From the IMG/VR virus record IMGVR_UViG_3300028048_001169, positions 1-64,000 of that record: 64,000 nucleotides of DNA. One strand, given 5' to 3'. The stretch comes from a virus. Lineage: Duplodnaviria; Caudoviricetes. Below, one piece after another: positions 18,304 to 29,293 of the stretch; position 1 is the first letter of the stretch, and every line of letters begins with the position of its first letter. The position numbers and the translations under genes are program-made. The notes under the pieces are model-generated. The model saw only the letters and a list, made by a program, of their open reading frames with translations, was not told the DNA's origin and ran no database searches.

Positions 18304-18738
18304 ATGGACTATCCTGAAAACGTTCTTCAAGATCTGCAAATAGATCTTGGAGAGTCCTTTATGCTCCATAGAATCTGGGAACAATACATTGGAATAGTAT
18401 TATCATACGATGAAGTAAAGTTCTTGCATGATTACTATCGAGATAATAAAGGATTTGTATTTGCTGACAGTGAGGATGATGTAAGGGAAATTGAAAAGAA
18501 GAAAAACAAAGTTATTCAAAAAATTATGACATCATTAACAGAAGATCATCATCCACTGACAGAAATTCCTGGATTAAAAGCTCGAGCTATATCTAATCTT
18601 AATCGAGCAGGAATTAATTCTATTGAACGGTTAAAGAAATTATCGTTAAAGCAGATGTCAAAGATTCCAGGAATTGGTGAAAGTTCTATTTTAGTAATAG
18701 AGCAATATTTTAAAAATAGTTATAGTAGGGAGGATTAA
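18304..18738 (+). CDS. protein with RNA polymerase alpha-CTD-like (HhH) domain
   Basis: LKARAISNLNRAGINSIERLKKLSLKQMSKIPGIGESS matches the alpha-CTD pattern LSVRxxNCLxxxGIxxxxDL...IxNLGxKS; early motif at 18248. Confidence 0.75.
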   Translation: MDYPENVLQDLQIDLGESFMLHRIWEQYIGIVLSYDEVKFLHDYYRDNKGFVFADSEDDVREIEKKKNKVIQKIMTSLTEDHHPLTEIPGLKARAISNLNRAGINSIERLKKLSLKQMSKIPGIGESSILVIEQYFKNSYSRED

Positions 18739-18740
18739 TT

Positions 18741-19037
18741 ATGAATTTAGTAGTACGTAGAGGTGAAGCTGTTTTAGAACTTAATAATATCAGAAAAGAT
18801 GAAATATATCTTTATGGAGATTGCATTCGCTTTGCTCACACAAGCAATAATGAATATGCAACAAAGAATGACTTTTCTTGCTCTTATACTCAAAAGGTAA
18901 CAGAGTATCATACTTATAAGAATCTCAAAGAACTTTATAAGTTGATCCAAACTTTTGATGATACCGGTATTTATACGATTACTATTACAACAAAGCACAT
19001 CAAAATTAGCCGTAAGAAGGAGGAATCAAATGCATAA
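18741..19037 (+). CDS. hypothetical protein
   Basis: GGAGG RBS, operonic. Confidence 0.7.
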   Translation: MNLVVRRGEAVLELNNIRKDEIYLYGDCIRFAHTSNNEYATKNDFSCSYTQKVTEYHTYKNLKELYKLIQTFDDTGIYTITITTKHIKISRKKEESNA

Positions 19038-19617
19038 CAACACAACAGCATTATGCTCTTACTGTTTTCAAAAAGCAAGAAGAGGTACGAATCATTGTTC
19101 AAACTGTGGTGCTGATCGAAAGAAACATCCTATCATAGAAGTAGATAATAAAATAGCTGACATTGTATCTACTTTGAATAGAAAAGGATATACTACAACC
19201 AACTCTTTTGGTGGTAATATTGATGGTAATTATAAAGCACCATCTGTTACTATAAAGACCAATGAATCACAGATATGGGAATTATATTCAAATGAAATTC
19301 TAGATATCATGATTGCAACATTACCTAGAATTCTTTCTATGAATATAGAAAATAATTATAAGACCTATGGCAGCGGTACATTATATATTACATATGCACT
19401 ACCATGTAGCTGTAAGGAAATAACAATATCTGGTACGAATCTACCTAGATATTATCCTAATAAGAAAATCAGAATTAGGAAAATGACATTGGAGATATTT
19501 AAAGATTGGGTTGATGGATTACCTGATCTTAAAAAACTGGAAAAAGAAGAGTTTAAAAAAGATATATTGGATATGTGGTTAATGCCACATTATCTTGCAA
19601 AGAAAGATTATATGTAA
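19030..19617 (+). CDS. Zn-ribbon protein
   Basis: Start moved to ATG 19030 behind AGGAGG; CSYC...CSNC. Confidence 0.7.
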   Translation: MHNNTTALCSYCFQKARRGTNHCSNCGADRKKHPIIEVDNKIADIVSTLNRKGYTTTNSFGGNIDGNYKAPSVTIKTNESQIWELYSNEILDIMIATLPRILSMNIENNYKTYGSGTLYITYALPCSCKEITISGTNLPRYYPNKKIRIRKMTLEIFKDWVDGLPDLKKLEKEEFKKDILDMWLMPHYLAKKDYM

Positions 19618-19661
19618 AAAGAGGCCAGTGGAATTTTATCCACTGGCTTTTCTTTTTTTAT

Positions 19662-21161
19662 TTAGATTTCGTTCTTCAGTACTTTAGAGATATAATTTTC
19701 ATCAACTTTCTCTAACTGAATAGTATTAACGAACTCTAAGAATCCATACATAACGCGTGTAGACTCAATGACTTTACTTACATCCAATCTACCATCACTC
19801 ATATAAGATTCTTTTAAAGCTCCATCATCTTTCATGATGTACTGGAAGTTATCTTGAGCCATCATATCGAATACACTACGGAAACGATCATTCTTTGCAT
19901 TAGCTATTAATCTAGCTGCTTCCTGCTTTGCTTCCGTTGAGTCTTCTTCCTTCTCTTCTTCAGAAGCATTATCAGCCTGATTAACCGCTTTAAGACGATC
20001 ATCTACCTGATTAACGATATTCTTGATCTTCTCTTTATCTTCAGCATTCTTCTTAATGAATTCTGTTTCAGCATCAGAGATTCTCTTAGCAATAACTTCA
20101 ACAGCAGAATTAACGTCATTATCTTTCTCAAGTTTATTAAACATCTCTTCTTTACTGTCTTTGATATTACCATCTTTATCTAATGACTCTTTTGTATCAG
20201 GTTCATCCGTTACAGGGTCTTCTGAAGTGTCCTCCGTAGAATTATCCTCTTTTTCATCAGAATCGTCTGATTCGTCATTAGATGTATCGTCAGATGATGA
20301 GTTTTCAGCTTCTGAGGAATCATCCTTGTCCATATTATCAACTAAATTTTCTGAATCTCCCATTCCAGCATCAGAATCTTCAGAGTCATCAACGCCATCT
20401 TTATCTGCATCGCCTAACTTGATATCATCACCAGATACGTTATCATCTCCATCGGCTGCATTCTTCTTACCATCTTTATCATCATCTTCATCTGGATCTA
20501 TTGCATCTTCTGATTCGTCATCTTCATCGTCTTTATCATCATCAGAATCATCATCCATATCATCAACGAGGTTTTTATCATCGTCATCAGATTCTTCCTC
20601 ATCGTCTCCATCATCGGAATCATCCTCGTTATCGTCATCATCTTCAGACTTATCTTCTTCAGGAGATTCCTTCTCAGCCTTCTTCTTTTCTTTTTCCTCT
20701 TCTTCATCTTTCTTTTCATCATCTTTTGCTTCTAAGAAAGCATCAAGATCTTTCTGATGAGCAATAGAAACAGCTTCAAAGATATAATCAAGAAGATACG
20801 TCTTACCAGAACGATCGAAGATAATCTTCTTAGCTCCACCATTCTCCTGAATATAGTTTTCTACCAAAGAAGCAGCTAACTGAATACCATCGTCAGATAA
20901 TGGACCTACCTTCTGTAATGCAGATACATATACAGCTTCCAATGCTGTCTGAAGATACATATTATAATTAGCTTCTGAGAAATTAGAGATATCATGTCTA
21001 GATAATTCTCTCTGCTTACGATACTTATTTAAAGCATCATAGAAGTCTTCCTTCTCACGCTTCTTCATTTCTGTCATCTGCTTCTCCTGAGAAATCTTTT
21101 CAGCAGTAGCTTCCTTCAATGCTTCATAAGCATCACGCATATAGTGTTCTCTACGTCTCAT
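19662..21161 (-). CDS. highly acidic virion/scaffold-like protein
   Basis: Long D/E-rich centre, LKEA/FLEA/LKES sites, last gene of the baseplate operon. Confidence 0.6.
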   Translation of the reverse strand: MRRREHYMRDAYEALKEATAEKISQEKQMTEMKKREKEDFYDALNKYRKQRELSRHDISNFSEANYNMYLQTALEAVYVSALQKVGPLSDDGIQLAASLVENYIQENGGAKKIIFDRSGKTYLLDYIFEAVSIAHQKDLDAFLEAKDDEKKDEEEEKEKKKAEKESPEEDKSEDDDDNEDDSDDGDDEEESDDDDKNLVDDMDDDSDDDKDDEDDESEDAIDPDEDDDKDGKKNAADGDDNVSGDDIKLGDADKDGVDDSEDSDAGMGDSENLVDNMDKDDSSEAENSSSDDTSNDESDDSDEKEDNSTEDTSEDPVTDEPDTKESLDKDGNIKDSKEEMFNKLEKDNDVNSAVEVIAKRISDAETEFIKKNAEDKEKIKNIVNQVDDRLKAVNQADNASEEEKEEDSTEAKQEAARLIANAKNDRFRSVFDMMAQDNFQYIMKDDGALKESYMSDGRLDVSKVIESTRVMYGFLEFVNTIQLEKVDENYISKVLKNEI

Positions 21162-21175
21162 TATGTCCTCCTTTA

Positions 21176-23833
21176 TTAATCCATAACAAGTTCAATTTCA
21201 ATATCAGGTTTTAAAGTCTCACCATCATCAGCAAGGCGATTACGAATATTTATAAATTCTGGTACAACATGTGGATCTGTAACATCACGTAACAACATAT
21301 GCTGAATACCAAGACGATTATTATTGTAATTCATAAACTCAATAAATTCGATGGTATCTTTATATGTCTCAGTTATATCATGAATTAAATTTGGAATATG
21401 AATATCGGATAACTTATCCAAATCTTCCATATAATTCTTAATATATTCAATGATAGAATCTTTTGTTGTTGTATCAGAAGAGTTTAATAATCTTAATCTA
21501 AACTTCATAGAAATATCAAGATGACCAAGGGATGTTTCTTCTTTATCACCGATTGTATATGTAGCAGATTGACCATATGTATTAAAGAATTTGAAATCAA
21601 TCTTCATTGTATTTTCAACGATCTGTAAACAATGATCAATGTATGCTTTACGGTCACTCAGTTTATTAATCAGATATGTAACTTTATCCTCATTCTGGAA
21701 ATAATGATATCCAACCATTGGTATTCCATAGATATCGTATTTCACAACTGATTCATCTTCTGATTTATTTACAACAACTCTTGTGTTCATTACATCTGTG
21801 AAATTCTCGAAGAAAGTTAATCCACCTTCAATCTCATAGATATTTAATAAACTATAATCATCATATCCAGGGCATATCTTGGATAACAAATGATCTTCAT
21901 CTGGATATACTTGATCGAATTTAGCTGCTATATATAAATATGCTTCACAGTTATTCTCAAAGAATCCATAATTCTTACTATTATAACCAGCTTCATACAG
22001 ATTGGTTAATTTAATACGATTTGCTGTATCAAATGCATTATCTGTTTCCAAAGAAGCTTTCCATTGTGTTGTAAATAGATCTTCAGAATATCCTTCTATA
22101 GTACATTCTTGATATCGATATGGTGCATGATTCTGATAGATTACTAAGAAGCACTTAATGTCACAATGCTTCAATTGCTTTGTATCTTGATCAACTTCTA
22201 ATAATCCATAATCCTGATTGATACTCTGTGTAATATTGAATGTAAAGTTATATTCCATATTATTTGTAAGCATCTTACGTTCAAAATGATTACGAATAGT
22301 TGTAAAACCAAGATAACAATTCTGATTAGCAAATTTGTAATTGAAATAACTATCATGATTTACTGTAGTCAGATAGTATGCACAATACAGAGGATCTTCA
22401 TTTAATACAATATTCTGAATAGATTTGTAGTAATAGAGATTCTTTTTATCATCAAAATATGCATCAGAAAATGGTTCTGGTACATCACTCTCAGCAATAT
22501 AAACTCCATATCCAACCTTTGGATCGTATAAAAAGTTTGTACCGCATGGAATAATATAACGACCATCTGATACTTTGACAACATATGGATCAGATATCTG
22601 GAACTTAATACGGAATGTATTTGCTGGTATCATATTTTCATTCTCATCTTTTAATAAGTAATATGCATACCAAATTCGACTGATCTGATTATCAACCTTT
22701 TCTTGGAGCTTAATAATATTCTCTTCATCTGAAATAAGATTGAAGTAATTATTAAGGTCTGTTTCTGTTGTAATATATCCACGACTCATTGCCATCTTTG
22801 GAATTAAAGATTTTAATTCATCAATAGACTTACGATCAGCACCATTAACAGAATCTGTTGCTGTACGAATATAGCAGGTAATCTTTTTATTGTTGGAATA
22901 CGTTGATACAAAGTCACAATATAAATCGTTCTCTTCTGTATCATTGTATGTAAAGTTACCTGCTGCTCCACTTGTTGTTCTAGTAATAATATGAATCTTA
23001 GAATTTAATCCCGGAGTATAAGAATTTGAATCAAATGATACTCGTACTGTATTGTCGTTGACGTAAAGATACCAGCAATATTTTGTTACACCTTGTTCTA
23101 CAGGTGATCCATAGAATAATGGTGTTAATCTGGTTTCCACATCATTATCCGTTACATATACTTCAAAGTCTGCTAACTGACCATCAAAAGAGAATGTATA
23201 AGATTTATTATCAATAACAGATCTAGTGATAATTGTATCTTCTACTTCTCCAATCGATACTTGATGTACAGTTGTAGTGAAGAATACATAACTAAAATTA
23301 TTAAAATTCTGTACTAACGGCTGTGCTAAGTAAGCATTATTAATCTTTGAGATATTATTAGGGTTACCCATATCATACATTGCTGTATAGATATAAGTAT
23401 CAGAACCAGCTGGTTTATATCTCTTTAAGATAATATCATAATCCAAATGGAAAATATAATTTCCAATGAAGATCGCATTCTTATGATCGAATATAAACTC
23501 ATTATGATTCATATAAATATCAAGATCAGATGTCTTGATACCAATATTGATTGTTAGTTCCGCTGGTACAGCGTTAATTCCTTCAATATTACAATAAATA
23601 GCATGTGTTAAGATATTCTTATCTAACTTAGCTCTAGAAGGAAACATTTCGTTTCCTAACTCTCCAGCCATAACTGTAGAGATTTGGATCTTCTTAGCTT
23701 CTACATCACCTAAGAATCCAAAGATACCTAATGCAAGAGTAGTTTCATCTTCATCATTGATGAATCTTGCTTTTATTTTATCAACAGAATCTCGGATATC
23801 ATAGATATCTGTCGAAATATTAAAATCACTCAT
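21176..23833 (-). CDS. baseplate wedge protein (T4 gp6 / baseplate J-like)
   Basis: TTSGAAGN and NGADRKSIDELKSLIP...RGYITTETDL motifs; 885 aa. Confidence 0.75.
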   Translation of the reverse strand: MSDFNISTDIYDIRDSVDKIKARFINDEDETTLALGIFGFLGDVEAKKIQISTVMAGELGNEMFPSRAKLDKNILTHAIYCNIEGINAVPAELTINIGIKTSDLDIYMNHNEFIFDHKNAIFIGNYIFHLDYDIILKRYKPAGSDTYIYTAMYDMGNPNNISKINNAYLAQPLVQNFNNFSYVFFTTTVHQVSIGEVEDTIITRSVIDNKSYTFSFDGQLADFEVYVTDNDVETRLTPLFYGSPVEQGVTKYCWYLYVNDNTVRVSFDSNSYTPGLNSKIHIITRTTSGAAGNFTYNDTEENDLYCDFVSTYSNNKKITCYIRTATDSVNGADRKSIDELKSLIPKMAMSRGYITTETDLNNYFNLISDEENIIKLQEKVDNQISRIWYAYYLLKDENENMIPANTFRIKFQISDPYVVKVSDGRYIIPCGTNFLYDPKVGYGVYIAESDVPEPFSDAYFDDKKNLYYYKSIQNIVLNEDPLYCAYYLTTVNHDSYFNYKFANQNCYLGFTTIRNHFERKMLTNNMEYNFTFNITQSINQDYGLLEVDQDTKQLKHCDIKCFLVIYQNHAPYRYQECTIEGYSEDLFTTQWKASLETDNAFDTANRIKLTNLYEAGYNSKNYGFFENNCEAYLYIAAKFDQVYPDEDHLLSKICPGYDDYSLLNIYEIEGGLTFFENFTDVMNTRVVVNKSEDESVVKYDIYGIPMVGYHYFQNEDKVTYLINKLSDRKAYIDHCLQIVENTMKIDFKFFNTYGQSATYTIGDKEETSLGHLDISMKFRLRLLNSSDTTTKDSIIEYIKNYMEDLDKLSDIHIPNLIHDITETYKDTIEFIEFMNYNNNRLGIQHMLLRDVTDPHVVPEFINIRNRLADDGETLKPDIEIELVMD

Positions 23834-25017
23834 ACTTGTGCATCACCTCTCCACTTTAATTTATATACATATTTTCCAGGGGCTGTTTGATGTGTAAACT
23901 TAGTATCTGTAATTTGTATACCAGCTTTAGACTTATATATTACAGGAGTTCCTCCATCTTCTTCTTTTACAACGCAAGCACAACGAGCTGGTCTCATATC
24001 AGCTGTGTCTAGACTGTCATTGTATGCATCCATATTATACTTACAGTCATCAGTAGTATTGAAATATGGTAATGCTAGTTTGTTAAAATCACTTAAGATC
24101 TGTGGGTCCATGTCTTCAACAAACGCTGCATTAAAATCGATTGTATAAGATAAACCGTTATCAAAGGATGTATTGCTGAATACATCTCTTGGTAAACTCT
24201 TCGATTTTACACCATAATACTTTGCATAATAAATAATTGTCTCATTATCTTCCGCTACTAAAAATTTATAGATAGCATATTGATCATGCAAAATACAATT
24301 ATCTGTATATACTCTAGCCGGTGCAACTACTCCATGATGTTTCAACTTCTCGTAATCTTCATACGCTCTAAAGAAATGATATACAGGTAAGTACTTTGTA
24401 TCTTTAAATTCCAGCGAAAAATCAAAACCATCATCGGATGCCTCTGATGATCCCTTATAATTATAATTTACTCCGTATGTATTTGACGGAGTATCAATCA
24501 TTTCAGAAGATAAACTAGGTACATCTAAATTACTCTGTACCATATTTGATAATAAATGATTAAATGGATCTAAAGGATTTGTTATGTTATGATAAGCTCC
24601 CTCGAGACATTCGATTACTCCTGGATAACGAGCAGATAACTCCTGCCAATAAGGATAATCTTTTAAACCAGGATGTAATTTTTCTTGACCAGAGGTAACA
24701 CTACCATCAGCATTGTTTTGTTTATATATGTTTAGCTGAGGTTTTGTAAAGAAGATATATTCTCTACAAGTATCAACCATCTGCTTATCATTCAATACAC
24801 CAAAACGATAATGAGAATTATATATTCCGTTGACTAACTCAGTACTAGTAACAAAGTTATTGGATCGATAGATTAACTTCTCATATCTTTTTTCATATCT
24901 AGATTGATCATTAATGGCATTTTTTCGTCCATATTTATCGTTTGATATTGCACGTCTTTTTCCATGCATTCTGGGCCTTTTATTAAGCGCACCTGCACTG
25001 TATTCACCATCTTCCAT
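23830..25017 (-). CDS. putative baseplate/tail tube-like structural protein
   Basis: Late promoter, overlaps the baseplate gene start, beta-rich tube-like pattern. Confidence 0.5.
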   Translation of the reverse strand: MEDGEYSAGALNKRPRMHGKRRAISNDKYGRKNAINDQSRYEKRYEKLIYRSNNFVTSTELVNGIYNSHYRFGVLNDKQMVDTCREYIFFTKPQLNIYKQNNADGSVTSGQEKLHPGLKDYPYWQELSARYPGVIECLEGAYHNITNPLDPFNHLLSNMVQSNLDVPSLSSEMIDTPSNTYGVNYNYKGSSEASDDGFDFSLEFKDTKYLPVYHFFRAYEDYEKLKHHGVVAPARVYTDNCILHDQYAIYKFLVAEDNETIIYYAKYYGVKSKSLPRDVFSNTSFDNGLSYTIDFNAAFVEDMDPQILSDFNKLALPYFNTTDDCKYNMDAYNDSLDTADMRPARCACVVKEEDGGTPVIYKSKAGIQITDTKFTHQTAPGKYVYKLKWRGDAQV

Positions 25018-25117
25018 AAACTTGTTTTCCTCCTTCCGTGTTCAATTATTATGATGTTGAGCTGTAACGGGTTTAACATTTGTGTAATATTATCCAAAGA
25101 AGGAGGTAAATTAACAT

Positions 25118-26890
25118 ATGCCAACGACATATTTAAATGAAGGTGTATTTAGCGCACTGGTTGGATTAGCTAAATCGGCTAGAGTTGTAGGTGATCTGAA
25201 GAATTCTGCAGATGCTATTATGGGTCTTGGTAATTTTATTAAGACTGGTAAATTTGACTCTAAGACCGCGGCATTATATAAGTCTAATAAAGCAAAAAGA
25301 GCTGCTGAGAAGTATAGAAAATCTACTTCTATTGCTCGAGCTTCAAAAGACTTAATTATGTCATTTCCTACAATCTGTAGTGATGTAATTAGCCCTGAAA
25401 CCGCTGCTATGATTAATAAAGCAGTGGAGCGTAAAAACGTTCAGATGATCCAAATGATTGCAGCTGCAGCTCATCTTCAGGGATATAATGGCCAGGATGT
25501 AATTAAACAGATTCATACAAATATGGGTATTAACTTCAACGTAGATGATTACGTTGATGCTATGCTTGCTTTAGGTGATACTTTTAATGAATCAGTGTCT
25601 TTAGAGGGAGTTCCATATAATACACTTGCAGAAGATTATAGAGATGCATTTTTAGCAACTCTAAATATTTGTTATCCTCTGGATAGCTTATCTGAATCTT
25701 CTATCAATGATTATGCAGTGAAGGGTGCTTATAGTATCAATCCTACTGTTGTAAAGCTTACAGAGGCTAAACATAGAAAGAATAATCAGCATAGTAGTCG
25801 GGTTAGACATCCAGAACCTTATACTGATCAAAATAATGTATTTGGTCGTAGTCCAGAATTACAAAGAACTCGAGATCAAAAATATGATGATGCATTTAGA
25901 AGATTTGAATCTATGGTTGACACAAAAGAACTTAATGTTCGTAATAAGAGAATGGATCAAACGATAAAATCTAATAACCCGTCATATGATTATTACAAAG
26001 ATAAATCAGCAGATCTTGCCAATAGGAAATTTAAGTATCAGAAAGATCAAGATAAACAAAACCGTGCGGATAATTATCAAAAGATGGCTTCGGATAGACT
26101 TAGAGATAGACGAGATTATGATTATCGTGTAGGCAGAGATGAGATTGAAGATCAGCGTTATGATGCTCGTCAGAATGCAGAGATGCTTAAAGCTAAATCT
26201 GATCACTTCAGTAAGCAGTTATTAGATTCTGATGTAAAGAAGGCAAATGAATTAATGCCTACTATGATTGTTCTTCGTTATCAGGTAGCAGATCCAGATA
26301 AAGATCCATCTGCTGTTACTTCTGATATTCAGGATGAGTTTATTGCCGGTGTTAAGTCTCGTTTAATTTCTGTTCCTTCTCAGGAGATTATGGATCGTGT
26401 CATTGATATGAATCGTAATGGCGTTAATATGAACAACTTGATTCGTGCTACATCAAAGGAAACTTCTTTCACAAGAGATTTCTTAGCAGGAATTCAGCAG
26501 GCTAAGATTGATGCTAAGAAGGATTCTAAGTTAAGTAAGTCTAATCCTATTTGGAGATCTCTTCAGGCTCGTTCTAATCGTTCTAGAATTAATCGTCTTG
26601 CTAGAGTATCAAATAGTGCAGCTGCTATTACGACATTGATTATTTCTGTTCAGGAAGTAGAGTCTATTAAGGCTGAATATAATATTGATTTATTAAATCC
26701 AGTAGTAGCTTCTGAATTTATGGCTACTTATAACTTAATGGCACTGGTTATTGTAGATGAACAGAATGCTGTTGCTCACTTTATTTATGATGGTGATGTA
26801 TACTTTGAAGATTTAGCATTTGCTTCTTTAGAGAAGGATAATGATAGATCTTATAAGCAGGTCGTAAGTCTATTAAATCGTATTCGCTAG
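25118..26890 (+). CDS. putative virion structural protein
   Basis: Late promoter 25075; MPTTYLNE start; FNES, LSES, LTEA sites. Confidence 0.6.
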   Translation: MPTTYLNEGVFSALVGLAKSARVVGDLKNSADAIMGLGNFIKTGKFDSKTAALYKSNKAKRAAEKYRKSTSIARASKDLIMSFPTICSDVISPETAAMINKAVERKNVQMIQMIAAAAHLQGYNGQDVIKQIHTNMGINFNVDDYVDAMLALGDTFNESVSLEGVPYNTLAEDYRDAFLATLNICYPLDSLSESSINDYAVKGAYSINPTVVKLTEAKHRKNNQHSSRVRHPEPYTDQNNVFGRSPELQRTRDQKYDDAFRRFESMVDTKELNVRNKRMDQTIKSNNPSYDYYKDKSADLANRKFKYQKDQDKQNRADNYQKMASDRLRDRRDYDYRVGRDEIEDQRYDARQNAEMLKAKSDHFSKQLLDSDVKKANELMPTMIVLRYQVADPDKDPSAVTSDIQDEFIAGVKSRLISVPSQEIMDRVIDMNRNGVNMNNLIRATSKETSFTRDFLAGIQQAKIDAKKDSKLSKSNPIWRSLQARSNRSRINRLARVSNSAAAITTLIISVQEVESIKAEYNIDLLNPVVASEFMATYNLMALVIVDEQNAVAHFIYDGDVYFEDLAFASLEKDNDRSYKQVVSLLNRIR

Positions 26891-26902
26891 GAGGTGAAAT
26901 AA

Positions 26903-28117
26903 ATGATTCTTTCTGATACTGATATTATTATCAGAGAATATATGGATCTTTCAGATAAAGATACATTGCACAAAGTAGTCGCAATGCAGGAGGCTAATCA
27001 GAATCAATTTTTAGTTGCACTGACTAGTAAGTTATATGATAAGATCCAGGAAAAAGCAACTAAGATCGATTATACAACAATCGAAATTTCTAAAGGTGAT
27101 ATTACTAAGATTCAGAACTATAAATCTATGGTAGAATGTCTTGGTATTATTCGTCAATTAGTATTAGAGTATAAAGAGCAGACACTTCCTGTTGATATTG
27201 TAGCTGATGCTATCAATAATATCAAAACAAGAAAGCAGCTCTTTACAAAAGCATTTGCAATTGGATCATCTTTTCCAATTTTAACATATGACAATATTGT
27301 ATTGGCAATCGTAGAGTCTATCAGTTTCTTGATTACAACTTGTATTGAGTATGTAAAAGATCCAGGCTCTGACACATTCCAGATGGCATTGGACAAAGTT
27401 GCTTATAATCGTACAGAGCAGAATCTTCTGTTTAATACACTACGTAAGTTCAACGAGTCTTGTCGTACAAAGGAATTAGACAAAGCTCTAAATATGATTA
27501 TGTCTCAGGCTGTTGCTAACCGTGAAGCAGCTGAGTTGAAAGAAGAAGAGGATATTCGTATTGCAAATGATCATCCATTCCTTACCGATGAAGAGGAGGG
27601 TGATGATATTGTTGTACATGATGAGAAGTTAGCAGAGGGTAAGATTGGTACTGTATTGTCTTATGCTGGTACAAAGATTCTTCTTTGGATTGCTAAGTTA
27701 TTCATTCCAATTATTCGTAATATTACATATTACTTCTTCTATCATAAGCAAAAGATCTCTAACTTCTATGAAGATCAAGCAAATCTATTACAGATGAATG
27801 CTTATAACGTTCAAGCAAATCAGAATATATCTGCTGATAAGAGAGCAAAGATTTTTGCTAAGCAGATGAAGATTGCTGAGAAATATCGTAAACGTTCAAA
27901 TGAGATGAATATTGATTACGTTGCTGCTAAGAATAATTCTGAGAAACTTTCTTCAACAGAGGTAAGAAATTTCAAAGCAGAAGATCTAGAAGACAATATC
28001 AACTCTGATACTGGTGAGGATCATTCTAATTATGGTTCTATTTTTGAAGCTGAAATAACAAGGGATTATGAGCCTATTACGAAGTTCGAAAGTCCTTTTG
28101 AATTCAGCTGTTTTTAG
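26903..28117 (+). CDS. putative virion structural protein
   Basis: AGGAGG RBS, co-transcribed with the previous gene. Confidence 0.6.
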   Translation: MILSDTDIIIREYMDLSDKDTLHKVVAMQEANQNQFLVALTSKLYDKIQEKATKIDYTTIEISKGDITKIQNYKSMVECLGIIRQLVLEYKEQTLPVDIVADAINNIKTRKQLFTKAFAIGSSFPILTYDNIVLAIVESISFLITTCIEYVKDPGSDTFQMALDKVAYNRTEQNLLFNTLRKFNESCRTKELDKALNMIMSQAVANREAAELKEEEDIRIANDHPFLTDEEEGDDIVVHDEKLAEGKIGTVLSYAGTKILLWIAKLFIPIIRNITYYFFYHKQKISNFYEDQANLLQMNAYNVQANQNISADKRAKIFAKQMKIAEKYRKRSNEMNIDYVAAKNNSEKLSSTEVRNFKAEDLEDNINSDTGEDHSNYGSIFEAEITRDYEPITKFESPFEFSCF

Positions 28118-28198
28118 AATAATAAAGAAACATAATTATAAATAGTATTTTGCATACTAATAAACAAAAAAAATATTTTATAATAGGAGGATAATAAA

Positions 28199-29275
28199 AT
28201 GGGTGTATACTCTAGTTTAGCACTCGAGAAGTACAACGAAGCTTCTACGCCTACTACTAATGTAGCAGGACTTCTTGAGTTTGCTGTAAATGCAGAAGCA
28301 GCTGAGCATAAGATGTTTGATGCAATGCTTGAGCTTGACTTCAGAGAAGCATATATGGAATCTGGACTTCTTACAGAGGAAGAGGATGCTACTGCATCTG
28401 ATGATAAGAAGGATGAAGATAAGTCTGAAGATAAGAAGAATATTTTAGTTAAGATCAAGGATAAGATCGTTGAGCTTTTCAAGAAATTTATCGCTACAGT
28501 TACAACTTTTATTCAGAAGCTTAAGCTGAAGTTCGAGGATTTCTTCAAGTTAAATGAGAAGCTCGTTGAGAAGTTTGGTGATCTTGATCCTGCTAAGATT
28601 AAAGAGGCAGCTAAGGATAAGGACATTAAGCTTACACTTGTATCTGATCCAGAAGGAAAGTTCACTGGTGAGTATCTTGATCGTGCATCAGTTGCATTGG
28701 CTGATTATGTTGATCAAATCGATAATCTTAAAAAATCCGGTAGCAATGATGGTTATTCAAAAGCTGCAGAGGATGCAAGAGAAGCATCTAAGAAGCTTAT
28801 TATTACCGATGATGAATTCAAGAGTCATATCGAAGAGGTATCTGTAGATGATTTCCTTGCTAAGGCTGATCTTAAGAAGCTTGCTGAAGAGATCAAAGGT
28901 GGATTTAAGAAGCAGCTTCTTTCAATTACAAAGCCTGTTGATAATATTATTGCAAGTTGTAAGTCTATGATGATTGAGATCAATAACGGAAAGAAGCACG
29001 CTACTGAAGATAGCGAAAGAGCTTACTGGAGCGCTTATTACTCAATCAATTCCACACATCTTGCTACTTTTAACAAGATCCTTGGAACAACTTCTACATT
29101 CGTAATTAAGAAGGCTTCTGCTGATCGTAAGGCTTATGCTAAGCTGGGTGCTCTTCAGAAGAATGCTAAGTCCGAGGATAAGAAGGAAGAGAAGACAAAT
29201 GAGTCAGTAATGGCTACAATGGCAGCTATTGATATCGTTAACGAAGAGTTCATGGCTGGACTGTTTGAAGATTAA
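28199..29275 (+). CDS. internal head protein paralogue
   Basis: Late promoter 28129; acidic propeptide-like N-terminus then amphipathic KIKDKIVELFKKFI; C-terminal TNES. Confidence 0.7.
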   Translation: MGVYSSLALEKYNEASTPTTNVAGLLEFAVNAEAAEHKMFDAMLELDFREAYMESGLLTEEEDATASDDKKDEDKSEDKKNILVKIKDKIVELFKKFIATVTTFIQKLKLKFEDFFKLNEKLVEKFGDLDPAKIKEAAKDKDIKLTLVSDPEGKFTGEYLDRASVALADYVDQIDNLKKSGSNDGYSKAAEDAREASKKLIITDDEFKSHIEEVSVDDFLAKADLKKLAEEIKGGFKKQLLSITKPVDNIIASCKSMMIEINNGKKHATEDSERAYWSAYYSINSTHLATFNKILGTTSTFVIKKASADRKAYAKLGALQKNAKSEDKKEEKTNESVMATMAAIDIVNEEFMAGLFED

Positions 29276-29293
29276 TTAGGGAGGAGAATACAG

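Noticed and set aside
20023-20767. Ser-rich and His-rich ORFs on the + strand
   Set aside because: Antisense shadows of the D/E-rich gene 19662-21161; no RBS.
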